A DNA stretch of 32,000 bases from Xanthomonas campestris pv. campestris str. ATCC 33913 (GTDB taxonomy: Bacteria > Pseudomonadota > Gammaproteobacteria > Xanthomonadales > Xanthomonadaceae): assembly GCF_000007145.1 (NCBI RefSeq), contig NC_003902.1, positions 3,656,497 through 3,688,496 on the forward strand, given 5' to 3'. This document shows positions 21,389 through 30,598 of this stretch, in pieces. The notes under the pieces were generated by a model that was given only the letters and a program-made list of their open reading frames with translations, ran no database searches and was not told the origin of the DNA. Within the stretch, counting starts at the first letter, position 1; every line of letters starts with the position of its first letter. The position numbers and the translations under genes are program-made.

Positions 21389-21460
21389 ATGGCAAATGTA
21401 TCGATAGTGCAGATGGGTGAGCGTTGTCGCTCCTTGGTACTGGCCGAGGTGAGGGGATGA
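21389..21460 (+). CDS. Candidate 23-codon upstream ORF (MANVSIVQMGERCRSLVLAEVRG)
   Basis: ATG lies 7 nt after GAAGGAGG. Its TGA overlaps the ATG of the next gene (ATGA at 21457-21460). There is no homology evidence; translation is unproven. Confidence 0.35.
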   Translation: MANVSIVQMGERCRSLVLAEVRG

Positions 21461-21858
21461 GCCGGGGGCAGTCTCCAAGCTCCAAGCGGTCCAAGCCGGA
21501 TGCCAAACGCACCGCTACCGCCAAGCAGCCTAAGCGCGCGATCGATGCACAGCCCGTGCGGTTGGTGCCCTCGCCCACGTTCGACGTGGACAACCTCAAC
21601 TTCGACCGTCGCCCCAGGCGCCGCGTGGACGATCTGCCGCCGCGCCCACCGCGCAAGGCGCGCACGCCCACGAGCTGCACGGTGGGTTATGCGTTCTACG
21701 AGGCGGAGCCTGGCCGGCCGCACAGCCAGCGGATTCCCAGCGTGCGCTTGCGCGGGCTGTGGCTGGAGCAGTTGGGGTTTGCGGTTGGTTGCAAGCTGCA
21801 GATCACTGCGCGCAAGGGCGAGTTGGTGGTGACGGTGGAGCGCGCGCCCTCGCAATGA
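21457..21858 (+). CDS. SymE-family (AbrB-fold) toxin-like protein with a long basic N-terminal extension
   Basis: C-terminal CTVGYAFYEAEPGRPHSQRIPSVRLRGLWLEQLGFAVGCKLQITARKGELVVTV aligns by eye with E. coli SymE [49 protein letters not shown]. The N-terminal ~80 aa are K/R/P-rich but keep high third-position GC, so they are likely translated. GAGG lies 7 nt before the ATG. Confidence 0.7.
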   Translation: MSRGQSPSSKRSKPDAKRTATAKQPKRAIDAQPVRLVPSPTFDVDNLNFDRRPRRRVDDLPPRPPRKARTPTSCTVGYAFYEAEPGRPHSQRIPSVRLRGLWLEQLGFAVGCKLQITARKGELVVTVERAPSQ

Positions 21859-21865
21859 ACAGTGA

Positions 21866-22711
<846 letters not shown>

Positions 22712-22814
22712 TCTGGTCGAGTGACGCGGTAGAAGGTGGGAGACAGTCGCGGAAGGTGGTGCGCTTCATGATTCCAGGACTGCCACCAATCGCCGGGTGA
22801 AGCATTGCCGGTAA

Positions 22815-22841
22815 GGCCCTCGCGCACGAGTGCGCTCCTAC
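22815..22841. repeat. Degenerate half-REP remnant
   Basis: GGCCCTCGCGCACGAGTGCGCTCCTAC resembles the right arm of the 894-1479 palindromes (GCCCCATCGCGCGCAAGCGCGCTCCTAC). No left arm is present. Confidence 0.5.
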
Positions 22842-22853
22842 CACGCGGCTTGG

Positions 22854-24188
22854 TTAGCGATGGAACGCCAGTGTTGCGATGACGCCGCGCTCCTGGCCTG
22901 GACGCACGCTGACGCGCCAGCCGTATAGGTCGCACAACCGGCTGACGATCGACAGGCCGATGCCGCCGCCTTGCGAGTGGCCGGCGTGGGTGCCGCGATA
23001 GCCGCGCTGGAACAGCTTGGCGGCGTCTTCTTCGCTCAAGCCCGGGCCGGAGTCGATGACTTCTACCGCGTCTGCCAGCACGCGTACCCGTACCTGGCCA
23101 TCCTGGGTGTATTTGACGGCGTTACCGATCAGGTTGCCGAGCGCCACGGAGAGCGCGGATTCGGGTGCGTCGATGACCAGGTCGCGCACGCCTTCCAGCA
23201 GCAGTTCCAGCGGTTTTCCGCCGAGCTGGGCGCGGTGTGAGTCGATCAGTTGCTCGGCCACCTTGGCCACGTTGCTGCTGCCCTGCCCGCGCTCGTTGCG
23301 CGACAGCAGCAGCAGCGAGCCGATCAGATCGCTGCATTGCTGTTCGGCACGCTGGATGCGTTGCAGCCGCTGCAGCACCTTTTCATCCAGGTTGGGTTTG
23401 GTCAGCAGCAGCTCGGTGGCGCCACGGATCACCGCCAGCGGGGTACGCAGTTCGTGGCTGACGTCGGCATTGAATTCGCGGTCGCGTTGAACCACCTCGG
23501 TAAGCCGCGCGGAGTAATCGTCCAGCGCTTCGGCGAGCTGGCCCACTTCGTCATCAGGGAAATGTGCGGCCAACGGCTTCGGTTCGCTGGTGCCGCCGCG
23601 GTAGGCGCGCAGGCGCGCGGCCAGGTCAGACACCGGGCGCATGACCTTGGATGCGGACCACCAGCCGATCAGCAGCGACAGCCCGCTGAAAACCAGCACC
23701 GACAACGTCAAGGTGCGCTTGAGCTGGATCTCGCCCTTGAGCGTCTGGGTCATGTCGTACGCGAGGAAGAACCACTCGCTGGGCGTCTTGCGCACCGCAA
23801 GCTTGTACGAATACGCGTTGCCGCCTTCGTCCACGCCGGAGATGGTGTGAATGCCATCGCGTAGCTGGTACCACTCGGGCTGCTCGCGACGCAGCGCTTC
23901 GAACTTGTCGCTCTTCACCACGCGGCCGCGCATCTGCTGCACCGGCAGGTCGGGGTTACGCAGCGGATCGGAATAGAACCGCTGTGCGAACGCGTCGATA
24001 TTGCGGTTCATCACGTCCTCCACCAGCTGGTTTTCCACGCGCGAGCGCGCCCAGGTGGTGGCGAAGGCGAACAGCGTCGTCAGGCAGAAGCCCAGCAACA
24101 CGAACGAGAGAATGATGCGGCTGCGCAGGCGCCGCCGGTAGCGGCCACGCCTGCGGGCGGGCCGCGTTCCGCTGGAGCTCTCAGGCAT
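22854..24188 (-). CDS. colS: Two-component sensor histidine kinase (ColS-like)
   Basis: Two TM segments, HAMP, H-box SHELRTPLAVI, and HATPase (DSGPGL, GGIGLSIV). 8-nt overlap with the upstream response regulator gene. The symbol rests on similarity of the partner to ColR and is tentative. Confidence 0.7.
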   Translation of the reverse strand: MPESSSGTRPARRRGRYRRRLRSRIILSFVLLGFCLTTLFAFATTWARSRVENQLVEDVMNRNIDAFAQRFYSDPLRNPDLPVQQMRGRVVKSDKFEALRREQPEWYQLRDGIHTISGVDEGGNAYSYKLAVRKTPSEWFFLAYDMTQTLKGEIQLKRTLTLSVLVFSGLSLLIGWWSASKVMRPVSDLAARLRAYRGGTSEPKPLAAHFPDDEVGQLAEALDDYSARLTEVVQRDREFNADVSHELRTPLAVIRGATELLLTKPNLDEKVLQRLQRIQRAEQQCSDLIGSLLLLSRNERGQGSSNVAKVAEQLIDSHRAQLGGKPLELLLEGVRDLVIDAPESALSVALGNLIGNAVKYTQDGQVRVRVLADAVEVIDSGPGLSEEDAAKLFQRGYRGTHAGHSQGGGIGLSIVSRLCDLYGWRVSVRPGQERGVIATLAFHR

Positions 24189-24858
24189 CGGGCGAGGCGA
24201 TGCGGTAGCCGATGCCGTGACGGGTCTGGATCATCGGTACGTCGAACGGCTTGTCCACCACCGCACGCAGGCCATGAATATGCACGCGTAACGAATCCGA
24301 GTCGGGCAGTTCTTCGCCCCAGACGCGGGTTTCCAGTTCCTGGCGCGTGACCACGGCCGGTGACGCTTCCATCAACGCCTGCAGGATCTTCAGCGCGGTG
24401 GGGTTGAGTTGCAGCAGCTTGCCGCGGCGGCGCACTTCCAGCGTGTCCAGGTTGTATTCCAGGTCGCCGGTTTCCAGCACGCGGGTGTGCACGCCCTTGC
24501 CGCGACGCGACAACGCGTTGAGCCGCACTTCCACTTCCTGCAACGCGAACGGCTTGATCAGGTAGTCGTCGGCGCCGGAATCGAAACCGGCCAGCTTGTT
24601 GTCCAGCGAGTCGCGTGCGGTGAGCATCAGCACCGGCGTCTGCTTGCGCGCTTCATTGCGCAGCTTGCGGCAGACCTCGATGCCGTCCATGCCCGGCAGG
24701 TTGAGGTCGAGCACGATGGCGTCGAACTCGTGCACCACCGCCAGATGCAGGCCGGTAACGCCGTCAGCGGCAAAGTCCACCGTGTGGCCACGGTCTTCCA
24801 GGTAGTCACCCAGATTGGCGGCGATGTCGCTGTTGTCTTCGATTACTAGAATTCGCAC
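24181..24858 (-). CDS. colR: OmpR-family response regulator (ColR-like)
   Basis: GTG start after GAGGT. MRILVIEDNSDIAANLGDYLEDRGHTVDFAADGVTGLHLA... closely resembles the Pseudomonas/Xanthomonas ColR as I recall it. Winged-helix C-terminus. Confidence 0.7.
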   Translation of the reverse strand: MRILVIEDNSDIAANLGDYLEDRGHTVDFAADGVTGLHLAVVHEFDAIVLDLNLPGMDGIEVCRKLRNEARKQTPVLMLTARDSLDNKLAGFDSGADDYLIKPFALQEVEVRLNALSRRGKGVHTRVLETGDLEYNLDTLEVRRRGKLLQLNPTALKILQALMEASPAVVTRQELETRVWGEELPDSDSLRVHIHGLRAVVDKPFDVPMIQTRHGIGYRIASPDA

Positions 24859-25360
24859 TGGAACCTCGATTGTTTTGAGTCACTGACGCGGCGGTTGGCG
24901 ATCTGCCGTTGCCGCCGCGCCTTATTGTTTTCTGGTTGGCATTCTGCATCCGGCGCCATTCGGCTGCCGTCGTTCGTCATGCGCCTGGGCCGGTAGCCTA
25001 ACGCGTGCAGGCGGTCCACATGCATCAGGCCCGCTGCCCGGTCATACCGCATTGAACAGCCTGCATGTGCTGAAGCACGCACAGCGTCTGCTGTGACAGG
25101 CAATGGGGCTGGAAAGTTGCAGCGCGGACGCCACTGCCGGACACCTACGCCAGCGGGATCAACGATGGCTGCGGGCAGGGCGCGCTGCAGATGCCCACGC
25201 TGGCCAAGCGCAACCTGGCGGGCAATGGTGATCGTGCCGCCGAGTGCGGGCGCCTCTCTCCATGTTGGTCTCGCCCCCTGTTGCGTCATGCGTGTTGTCC
25301 GCTGATCCATTGCAGTTGTTGCTGAATGTAGACCTGAACCTGAGGGCCGGCAAGCCGTCA

Positions 25361-25394
25361 CAAAAAGGCCCAGGTGCGGCTAGGCACCTGGGCC
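25361..25394 (-). terminator. Rho-independent terminator of rimK
   Basis: 11-bp stem GGCCCAGGTGC/GCACCTGGGCC, followed on the minus strand by TTTTTGTG. Confidence 0.75.
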
Positions 25395-25507
25395 AAATGT
25401 TCATCCCGATCACCGTCACTGCCGAGAGCGGAGCTACGGTCGGCAGACGTTAGCGGGGCAAGGATTAGAGTTTCGTTAACTTTCTGCTAAAACAGCGGGC
25501 GTCCCGA

Positions 25508-26383
25508 TCAACGGATGGCCTGCTCCAGATGCTGGATGATGGTGCCGGCCACATCCACGCCGCAGACGCCCTCCACGCCCTCCAGGCCCGGGGTGGAGTT
25601 GACCTCCAGCACCAAAGGCCCGCGCTGCGAGCGGATCAGGTCAACCCCGGCCACGGCCAGGCCCAGCGCGCGTGCCGAGCGCACCGCGACATCCTGCTCC
25701 TGCGGGGAGGCCTCGGCCATGGCGGCGGTGCCACCCAGATGCAGATTGGAGCGGAAGTCACCGTCGGCGGCTTGGCGCCGCATCGCCGCCACCACGCGGT
25801 CACCCACCACGAAGCAGCGCAGGTCCGCGCCTTCGGCCTCACCGATGAATTCCTGCACGATGAAATTGGCGTACAGCCCGCGCAGCGCTTCGACCACGCC
25901 GCGCGAGGCGCTGGCCTTCTCGGTCAGGATGACGCCAGCCCCCTGGGCGCCTTCGTTCAACTTCACCACGTGCGGCGGGGGGCCGAGCATGGACAGCAGG
26001 TCCTGGGTGTCGTCGGGGTTGTCGCCGAAGACAGTCACCGGCATATCGATACCCTGCGACGCCAGCAGCTGATGCGCGCGCAGTTTGTCGCGCGAACGCA
26101 GGATGGCGTCGGAGGGGTTGGGCGTATACGTGCCCATGAATTCGAGCTGCCGCAGCACCGCGGTACCGTACCGGGTGACCGATGCGCCAATGCGCGGAAT
26201 CACCGCGTCGAACCCGGTGATCGGCTTGCCCTTGTAGTGCAGGCTGAAACCGTCCGCGGCAATGCGCATGTAGCAGCGCAGCGGGTCGAGGATGCGCACG
26301 GTGTGCCCGCGCGTGCGGCCGGCCTCGATCAGGCGGCGGGTCGAATACAGCTTGCTGTTGCGGGAGAGGATGGCGATTTTCAT
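25508..26383 (-). CDS. rimK: Ribosomal protein S6 L-glutamate ligase RimK (ATP-grasp)
   Basis: [34 protein letters not shown]... through ...[14 protein letters not shown]. Start at ATG 26383; the upstream extension in the track ORF is rejected. Confidence 0.9.
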   Translation of the reverse strand: MKIAILSRNSKLYSTRRLIEAGRTRGHTVRILDPLRCYMRIAADGFSLHYKGKPITGFDAVIPRIGASVTRYGTAVLRQLEFMGTYTPNPSDAILRSRDKLRAHQLLASQGIDMPVTVFGDNPDDTQDLLSMLGPPPHVVKLNEGAQGAGVILTEKASASRGVVEALRGLYANFIVQEFIGEAEGADLRCFVVGDRVVAAMRRQAADGDFRSNLHLGGTAAMAEASPQEQDVAVRSARALGLAVAGVDLIRSQRGPLVLEVNSTPGLEGVEGVCGVDVAGTIIQHLEQAIR

Positions 26384-26875
26384 CGCGGCATTCGCGCGGC
26401 GCGGCCTGGTCATGGTCGGGATCTGATGGCGACGAAAGCCCCAAGCCCGTTCCGCTGCCAATGAGCCGATCGTTGCCAGGCTGCCATGCGCCTTGCACGC
26501 GTCGATCCGACTGGTATGCGACGGCCCCAAGGAATGGGAAGCGAAAGCGACTCAGCGAGGAAGTGGCAACGCAAACCGCGCGACCTCAGCCGGGATCGAT
26601 GCTAGCAGGGCGCCAGCGCGCTGCTCAAGCAAAGGGTGATGGCAACGCCGCGTTTTGTGACACGGAGCGGACGCGACATGACGCGCGATATCGAGCCGAA
26701 GCACCAACGCATCACGATGCCGGTTGCTGACCGTGCATGGTTGATTGATCACCCAACGACGCATGCGCAGCCACCCTCACGCCGCCCCACTGCGGCCGTG
26801 ACGTGTCTTGCACAGCCTCACCAGCAATGCTTGAGCCCCCTAATGCCGGCGTGCCGGTTCACGAGATCCTGCCCA

Positions 26876-29005
26876 ATGCGACATCCCGCCAGCGCGGCTT
26901 ACGCCACCCCCTCCCGCATCCGCCAAGGCCGCCCGTTCCCACGCGGCGCCATCTTCGATGGCAAGGGCACCAACTTTGCGCTGTTTTCCGCGCACGCCAC
27001 GCGTGTGGAGCTGTGCCTGTTCGACGAACAGGGCAACGAGAGCCGTGTCGACCTGCCCGAGTACACCAACGAGATCTGGCATGGCTATCTGCCCGACGTA
27101 AAGCCCGGCCAGCGCTACGGCTACCGCGTGCACGGTCCCTATGCACCCACCGAGGGACACCGGTTCAACCACAACAAGCTGTTGCTGGATCCGTATGCGC
27201 GCGAACTCGATGGCGACCTGGTGTGGGCCGATGAGTTGTATGGCTACACGGTCGGGCATCCTGATGGCGACCTGAGCTTCGACGAGCGCGACAGCGCGCC
27301 GTTCATGCCCAAGTGCGTGGTGGTTGAAGACACCTACGACTGGGAAGACGATGCGCGCCTGCTCAAGCCGTGGAACGAGACGGTGATCTACGAGACCCAC
27401 GTACGTGGCTACACCATGCGCAACGCGCAGGTGCCTGAAGCCGTGCGCGGCACCTTCGCCGGCCTGGCGCAGCCATCGGTGCTGCAGTACATCAAGGACC
27501 TGGGCATTACGGCGGTGGAACTGCTGCCGGTGCATGCGTATCTGGACGATCAGCATCTGCTGGACAAGGGCCTGCGCAACTATTGGGGCTACAACACCAT
27601 CAGTTTCTTCGCGCTCAAGTCGCGCTACCTTTCCAGCGGCCATCGCGACGAGTTCCGCGACATGGTCAAGGCGATGCACAAGCAAGGCCTGGAAGTGATC
27701 CTGGACGTGGTCTACAACCACACTGCCGAAGGCAGCGAACTGGGGCCGACGCTCTCGTTCAAGGGCATCGACAACGCCAGCTATTACCGTCTTGCCGAAG
27801 ACAAGCGTTACTACATCAACGACACCGGCACCGGCAATACGCTTAACCTGAGCAACTCGCGGGTGATCCAGTTCGTCAACGATTCGCTGCGCTACTGGGC
27901 CGGCGAAATGCACGTGGACGGGTTCCGCTTCGACCTGGCCACGATCCTGGGCCGCGAGCCGAGCGGCTTCGATCAACGCGGTGGCTTCCTGGATGCCTGC
28001 AACCAGGATCCGCTGCTGTCGGAAGTCAAGCTCATTGCCGAACCATGGGATTGCGGCCCGGGCGGCTATCAGGTGGGGCATTTCCCGCCGGGTTGGTCGG
28101 AGTGGAATGACAAATTCCGCGACAACGCGCGCGAGTTCTGGAAGGGCGAGGACGGCAAGCTGGCAGAGTTTGCTACCCGCTTCACGGGCTCTGCGGACCT
28201 GTTTGACCGCAGCGGTCGCCGCCCCTGGGCATCGGTAAACTTCATCACCGCGCACGACGGTTTTACGCTGCGCGATCTGGTGAGCTACAACGAGAAGCAC
28301 AACATCGACAACGGCGAGGACAACCGCGACGGTTCCTCCAACGACGGCTCGTGCAACTACGGCGAAGAAGGCGAGACCGACAACGCCGAAATCCTGCAAC
28401 TTCGCGAGCGGCAGATGAAGAACCTGCTCGCCACGCTGCTGCTGTCGCAAGGCACGCCGATGATACTGGCCGGCGACGAGCGGGCGCAGTCGCAGGGCGG
28501 CAACAACAACACCTATTGCCAGGACAACGAGATCACCTGGCTCGAATGGGAGAACGACCCCACCGACGGCCGCCTGACCGACTTCGTCAAATCACTGACC
28601 GCGCTACGTAAGCGCTACCCGATCCTGTCGCGTGGCCGCTTCCTCAATGGGCAGTACAACGAAGAAGCCGGCCTGCGCGATCTGACCTGGCTCAATCCGG
28701 GCGGCACCGAGATGGACGACGCGCACTGGACCGATGCCGGCGCGCGCTCGGTAGGACTGCTGCTGGAAGGCAAGGCGCAGACCTCTGGCGTCAAGGAACG
28801 CGGCAACGACGCCACCTTGCTGATCGTCATCAATGCGTACCACGAGGGCGTGACCTTCACCCTGCCCTCCTCCGACGAACCGGTGCACTGGAAGCTCGCG
28901 CTGTCTACCGACGAAGCGCTGGAAGTGGACAGCATGCCGGCCGGCGCCAGCGAGTTCCTGGCACCGCCGCGCAGCATCACGGTGTTCGAGTGCAAGGTGG
29001 GCTGA
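26876..29005 (+). CDS. glgX: Glycogen debranching enzyme GlgX (GH13)
   Basis: RQGRPFPRGAIFDGKGTNFALFS N-terminus and GH13 motifs DVVYNHT, GFRFDLA, EPWD, FITAHDGF. Start at ATG 26876 gives about 709 aa. The 80-codon upstream extension in the track is unlikely. Confidence 0.9.
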   Translation: MRHPASAAYATPSRIRQGRPFPRGAIFDGKGTNFALFSAHATRVELCLFDEQGNESRVDLPEYTNEIWHGYLPDVKPGQRYGYRVHGPYAPTEGHRFNHNKLLLDPYARELDGDLVWADELYGYTVGHPDGDLSFDERDSAPFMPKCVVVEDTYDWEDDARLLKPWNETVIYETHVRGYTMRNAQVPEAVRGTFAGLAQPSVLQYIKDLGITAVELLPVHAYLDDQHLLDKGLRNYWGYNTISFFALKSRYLSSGHRDEFRDMVKAMHKQGLEVILDVVYNHTAEGSELGPTLSFKGIDNASYYRLAEDKRYYINDTGTGNTLNLSNSRVIQFVNDSLRYWAGEMHVDGFRFDLATILGREPSGFDQRGGFLDACNQDPLLSEVKLIAEPWDCGPGGYQVGHFPPGWSEWNDKFRDNAREFWKGEDGKLAEFATRFTGSADLFDRSGRRPWASVNFITAHDGFTLRDLVSYNEKHNIDNGEDNRDGSSNDGSCNYGEEGETDNAEILQLRERQMKNLLATLLLSQGTPMILAGDERAQSQGGNNNTYCQDNEITWLEWENDPTDGRLTDFVKSLTALRKRYPILSRGRFLNGQYNEEAGLRDLTWLNPGGTEMDDAHWTDAGARSVGLLLEGKAQTSGVKERGNDATLLIVINAYHEGVTFTLPSSDEPVHWKLALSTDEALEVDSMPAGASEFLAPPRSITVFECKVG

Positions 29006-29025
29006 TTGCCTGAGCGTGCGTTAGC

Positions 29026-29064
29026 AAGCCCGCCTTTCATTGGATGGAAGGCGGGCTTTTTTGT
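29026..29064 (+). terminator. Rho-independent terminator of glgX
   Basis: AAGCCCGCCTT...AAGGCGGGCTT stem followed by TTTTTTGTG. Confidence 0.85.
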
Positions 29065-29066
29065 GG

Positions 29067-29384
29067 CTACTTGTTTGTATGCAGATATCTGGCAGCCTGC
29101 AGCGCGGGCGCAGCCGACGCAATTGCGGCTTTATCGATTTGGCTGCGTAGCCAAGCCGGCACACCGCCGATAACGGCCGGCTTGCGCAACATGCCGCAGC
29201 ACGCGCCGCTGTCCGGCTGGTGTAGGAAGGCGATGACCTATCAGCCATCGGCATGCAGGGTGCCATACCCGCCTGCAGCGTCGCGCTTGCGTAAGCCTCT
29301 TGTCCACGTGCGCGGCTGATGTTCGACAGTAATCGCGATGCGCTTGCAAACGGCATCGGTTATCGCGTAGCCGAGCGCTAGCAT
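29067..29384 (-). pseudogene. Small ORF interrupted by tandem in-frame stops (TGA TAG)
   Basis: ATG 29384 is preceded by AGGAAG. 47 codons (MLALGYAITDAVCKRIAITVEHQPRTWTRGLRKRDAAGGYGTLHADG) run to TGA-TAG at 29238-29243. The same frame then stays open for 56 more codons (VIAFLHQPDSGACCGMLRKPAVIGGVPAWLRSQIDKAAIASAAPALQAARYLHTNK) with elevated GC3. No family recognised. Confidence 0.35.
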
Positions 29385-29543
29385 CACTTCCTACAAAGGG
29401 TCACGCCGGAGGCCGCCAGACTGTGTTGACCTTTCCCCAAGCGCGCGGCCGCGCTACCAAGTGAGAGGCTGTCGATCTCGCCCGCGCGGCCGTTTGATTT
29501 CCATCTCTATGCGTGTGTGCCACAAGTAGCGATCGACCGCAGC

Positions 29544-29936
29544 TCAGCCCGGATACAACGGAAAGCGCTTGTCCGGGTGCTTGGCCTTCCATTCCTTATA
29601 GGAGCTGGTGCCCTCCCACGCCTTGAACGCGCGCGGCGTGCGACCACGGCCGGACCAGGTCTCGCCCGAATGCGGCAGCCAGTATTTGGCGGCCACCTCG
29701 CCGCTCGAGGTCAGCGGGCCCTTGACCTTGCCGGTCGTGGCCAGCGAAGCGATCTGGGCTTTTTGCTTGGTGTTGAAGCGGCCACCGAACTGGGTCAGCG
29801 TCTCGATCACCTGGTCGAACGCTTCCAGGGTCTGAGCGTATTTCAATTGCGCCTCTTCCTGCTCGAGCTTGCGCAGCTCTTCCAGCAGTTGGGCTTTGGC
29901 GGCGGCGGAGGGTGACGCGGGCGAACCTTGGCGCAT
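29544..29936 (-). CDS. H-NS family nucleoid-associated protein
   Basis: N-terminal coiled-coil (AKAQLLEELRKLEQEEAQLK). C-terminal DNA-binding motif KYWLPHSGETWSGRGRTPRAF matches the H-NS T-W-[ST]-G-[RQ]-G-R-x-P core. Confidence 0.8.
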   Translation of the reverse strand: MRQGSPASPSAAAKAQLLEELRKLEQEEAQLKYAQTLEAFDQVIETLTQFGGRFNTKQKAQIASLATTGKVKGPLTSSGEVAAKYWLPHSGETWSGRGRTPRAFKAWEGTSSYKEWKAKHPDKRFPLYPG

Positions 29937-30026
29937 GGGCGAAGCAAAATTCTTGGACAGGTCAGCGAGTATTGCCGTTGCACCGCCCAGCGTAAAGCGG
30001 CTGCAGCACGGCAGTTGCAGGCCCGC

Positions 30027-30422
30027 TCAGCGTGGCCGCAGCAGCGCCTGCTCGCGCGCCATGGTCAAAACCGGGCCGATGCGCCCGGTACGGATCAGCT
30101 CGCTGCAGTGCTTGCCGACGAATTCGACCCGTGGCGCGCAAAACCACTGCCTGACGCGCTCCACTTCGCCGGCATTGATCGACCAGGCATGGAACACCGT
30201 CTCCCCGAGCTCCTCCACACCGATCAAGCCAAGCTCTTGAATTTGCTCGGCATCCAGCCCGAACATCTCCAGCACCTTGCCGGCATCGTCCAGGGTGCCG
30301 AAGCCGCTGTTCATCTGGTCCGCCATGCCGGCGGCATAGGCGACCGACGCGGCCCGCGCATATTCGGCGCGCCGCATGCCTTTGAGGAGTGCTCCAACCA
30401 ATTGGGTGTGCGTGGTGGCCAT
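30027..30422 (-). CDS. Hypothetical protein with DUF2384-like (Xre/MbcA/ParS antitoxin C-terminal) motif
   Basis: High GC3 throughout. C-terminal VRQWFCAPRVEFVGKHCSELIRTGRIGPVL resembles the W-L-x-x-P-x-x-x-L-G-G-x-x-P-x-x-L-L-x-T-x-x-G pattern of DUF2384, from memory. Start uncertain (ATG 30422 or TTG 30476). No RES or other toxin gene is adjacent. Confidence 0.4.
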   Translation of the reverse strand: MATTHTQLVGALLKGMRRAEYARAASVAYAAGMADQMNSGFGTLDDAGKVLEMFGLDAEQIQELGLIGVEELGETVFHAWSINAGEVERVRQWFCAPRVEFVGKHCSELIRTGRIGPVLTMAREQALLRPR

Positions 30423-30598
30423 GGCGCGTGTGTCGAAGGATGTTGCCACTATGGGCGTACGCTCGACCCCGCTCAATCAGGAGCTTCCTGACGGCGGGGA
30501 AGGAAATAGCGAAGCGAACTGCGCGGCCGCTTCGCCAACAAGGGGCGCCCGCAGCGGTCTACACACCTGCCCGGCATCCGTCTGATAGGACGGCGTGC

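Noticed and set aside
25191-25325. 44-codon Cys-rich ORF (MPTLAKRNLAGNGDRAAECGRLSPCWSRPLLRHACCPLIHCSCC); possible RiPP or bacteriocin precursor.
   Set aside because: There is no Shine-Dalgarno sequence before the ATG, GC3 collapses over the Cys-rich part, and there are no adjacent maturation genes. It is kept only as part of the broader note on 24859-25360.
24846-25361. 171-aa minus-strand ORF filling the colR-rimK spacer.
   Set aside because: It has only moderate GC3 and an Arg-rich junk-like sequence. It runs into the colR start region and begins inside the rimK terminator.
26636-26875. 80-codon upstream extension of glgX and the small ORFs in the rimK-glgX divergent region.
   Set aside because: The extension has no similarity to GlgX N-termini and has low coding quality. 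Met at 26876 gives the canonical GlgX N-terminus and length.
29440-29500. Direct repeat CGCGCGGCCG (twice) downstream of the H-NS gene; a possible terminator or att-like site.
   Set aside because: These are short GC-rich repeats of this size expected by chance at this composition. No adjacent U-tract or integrase is present.
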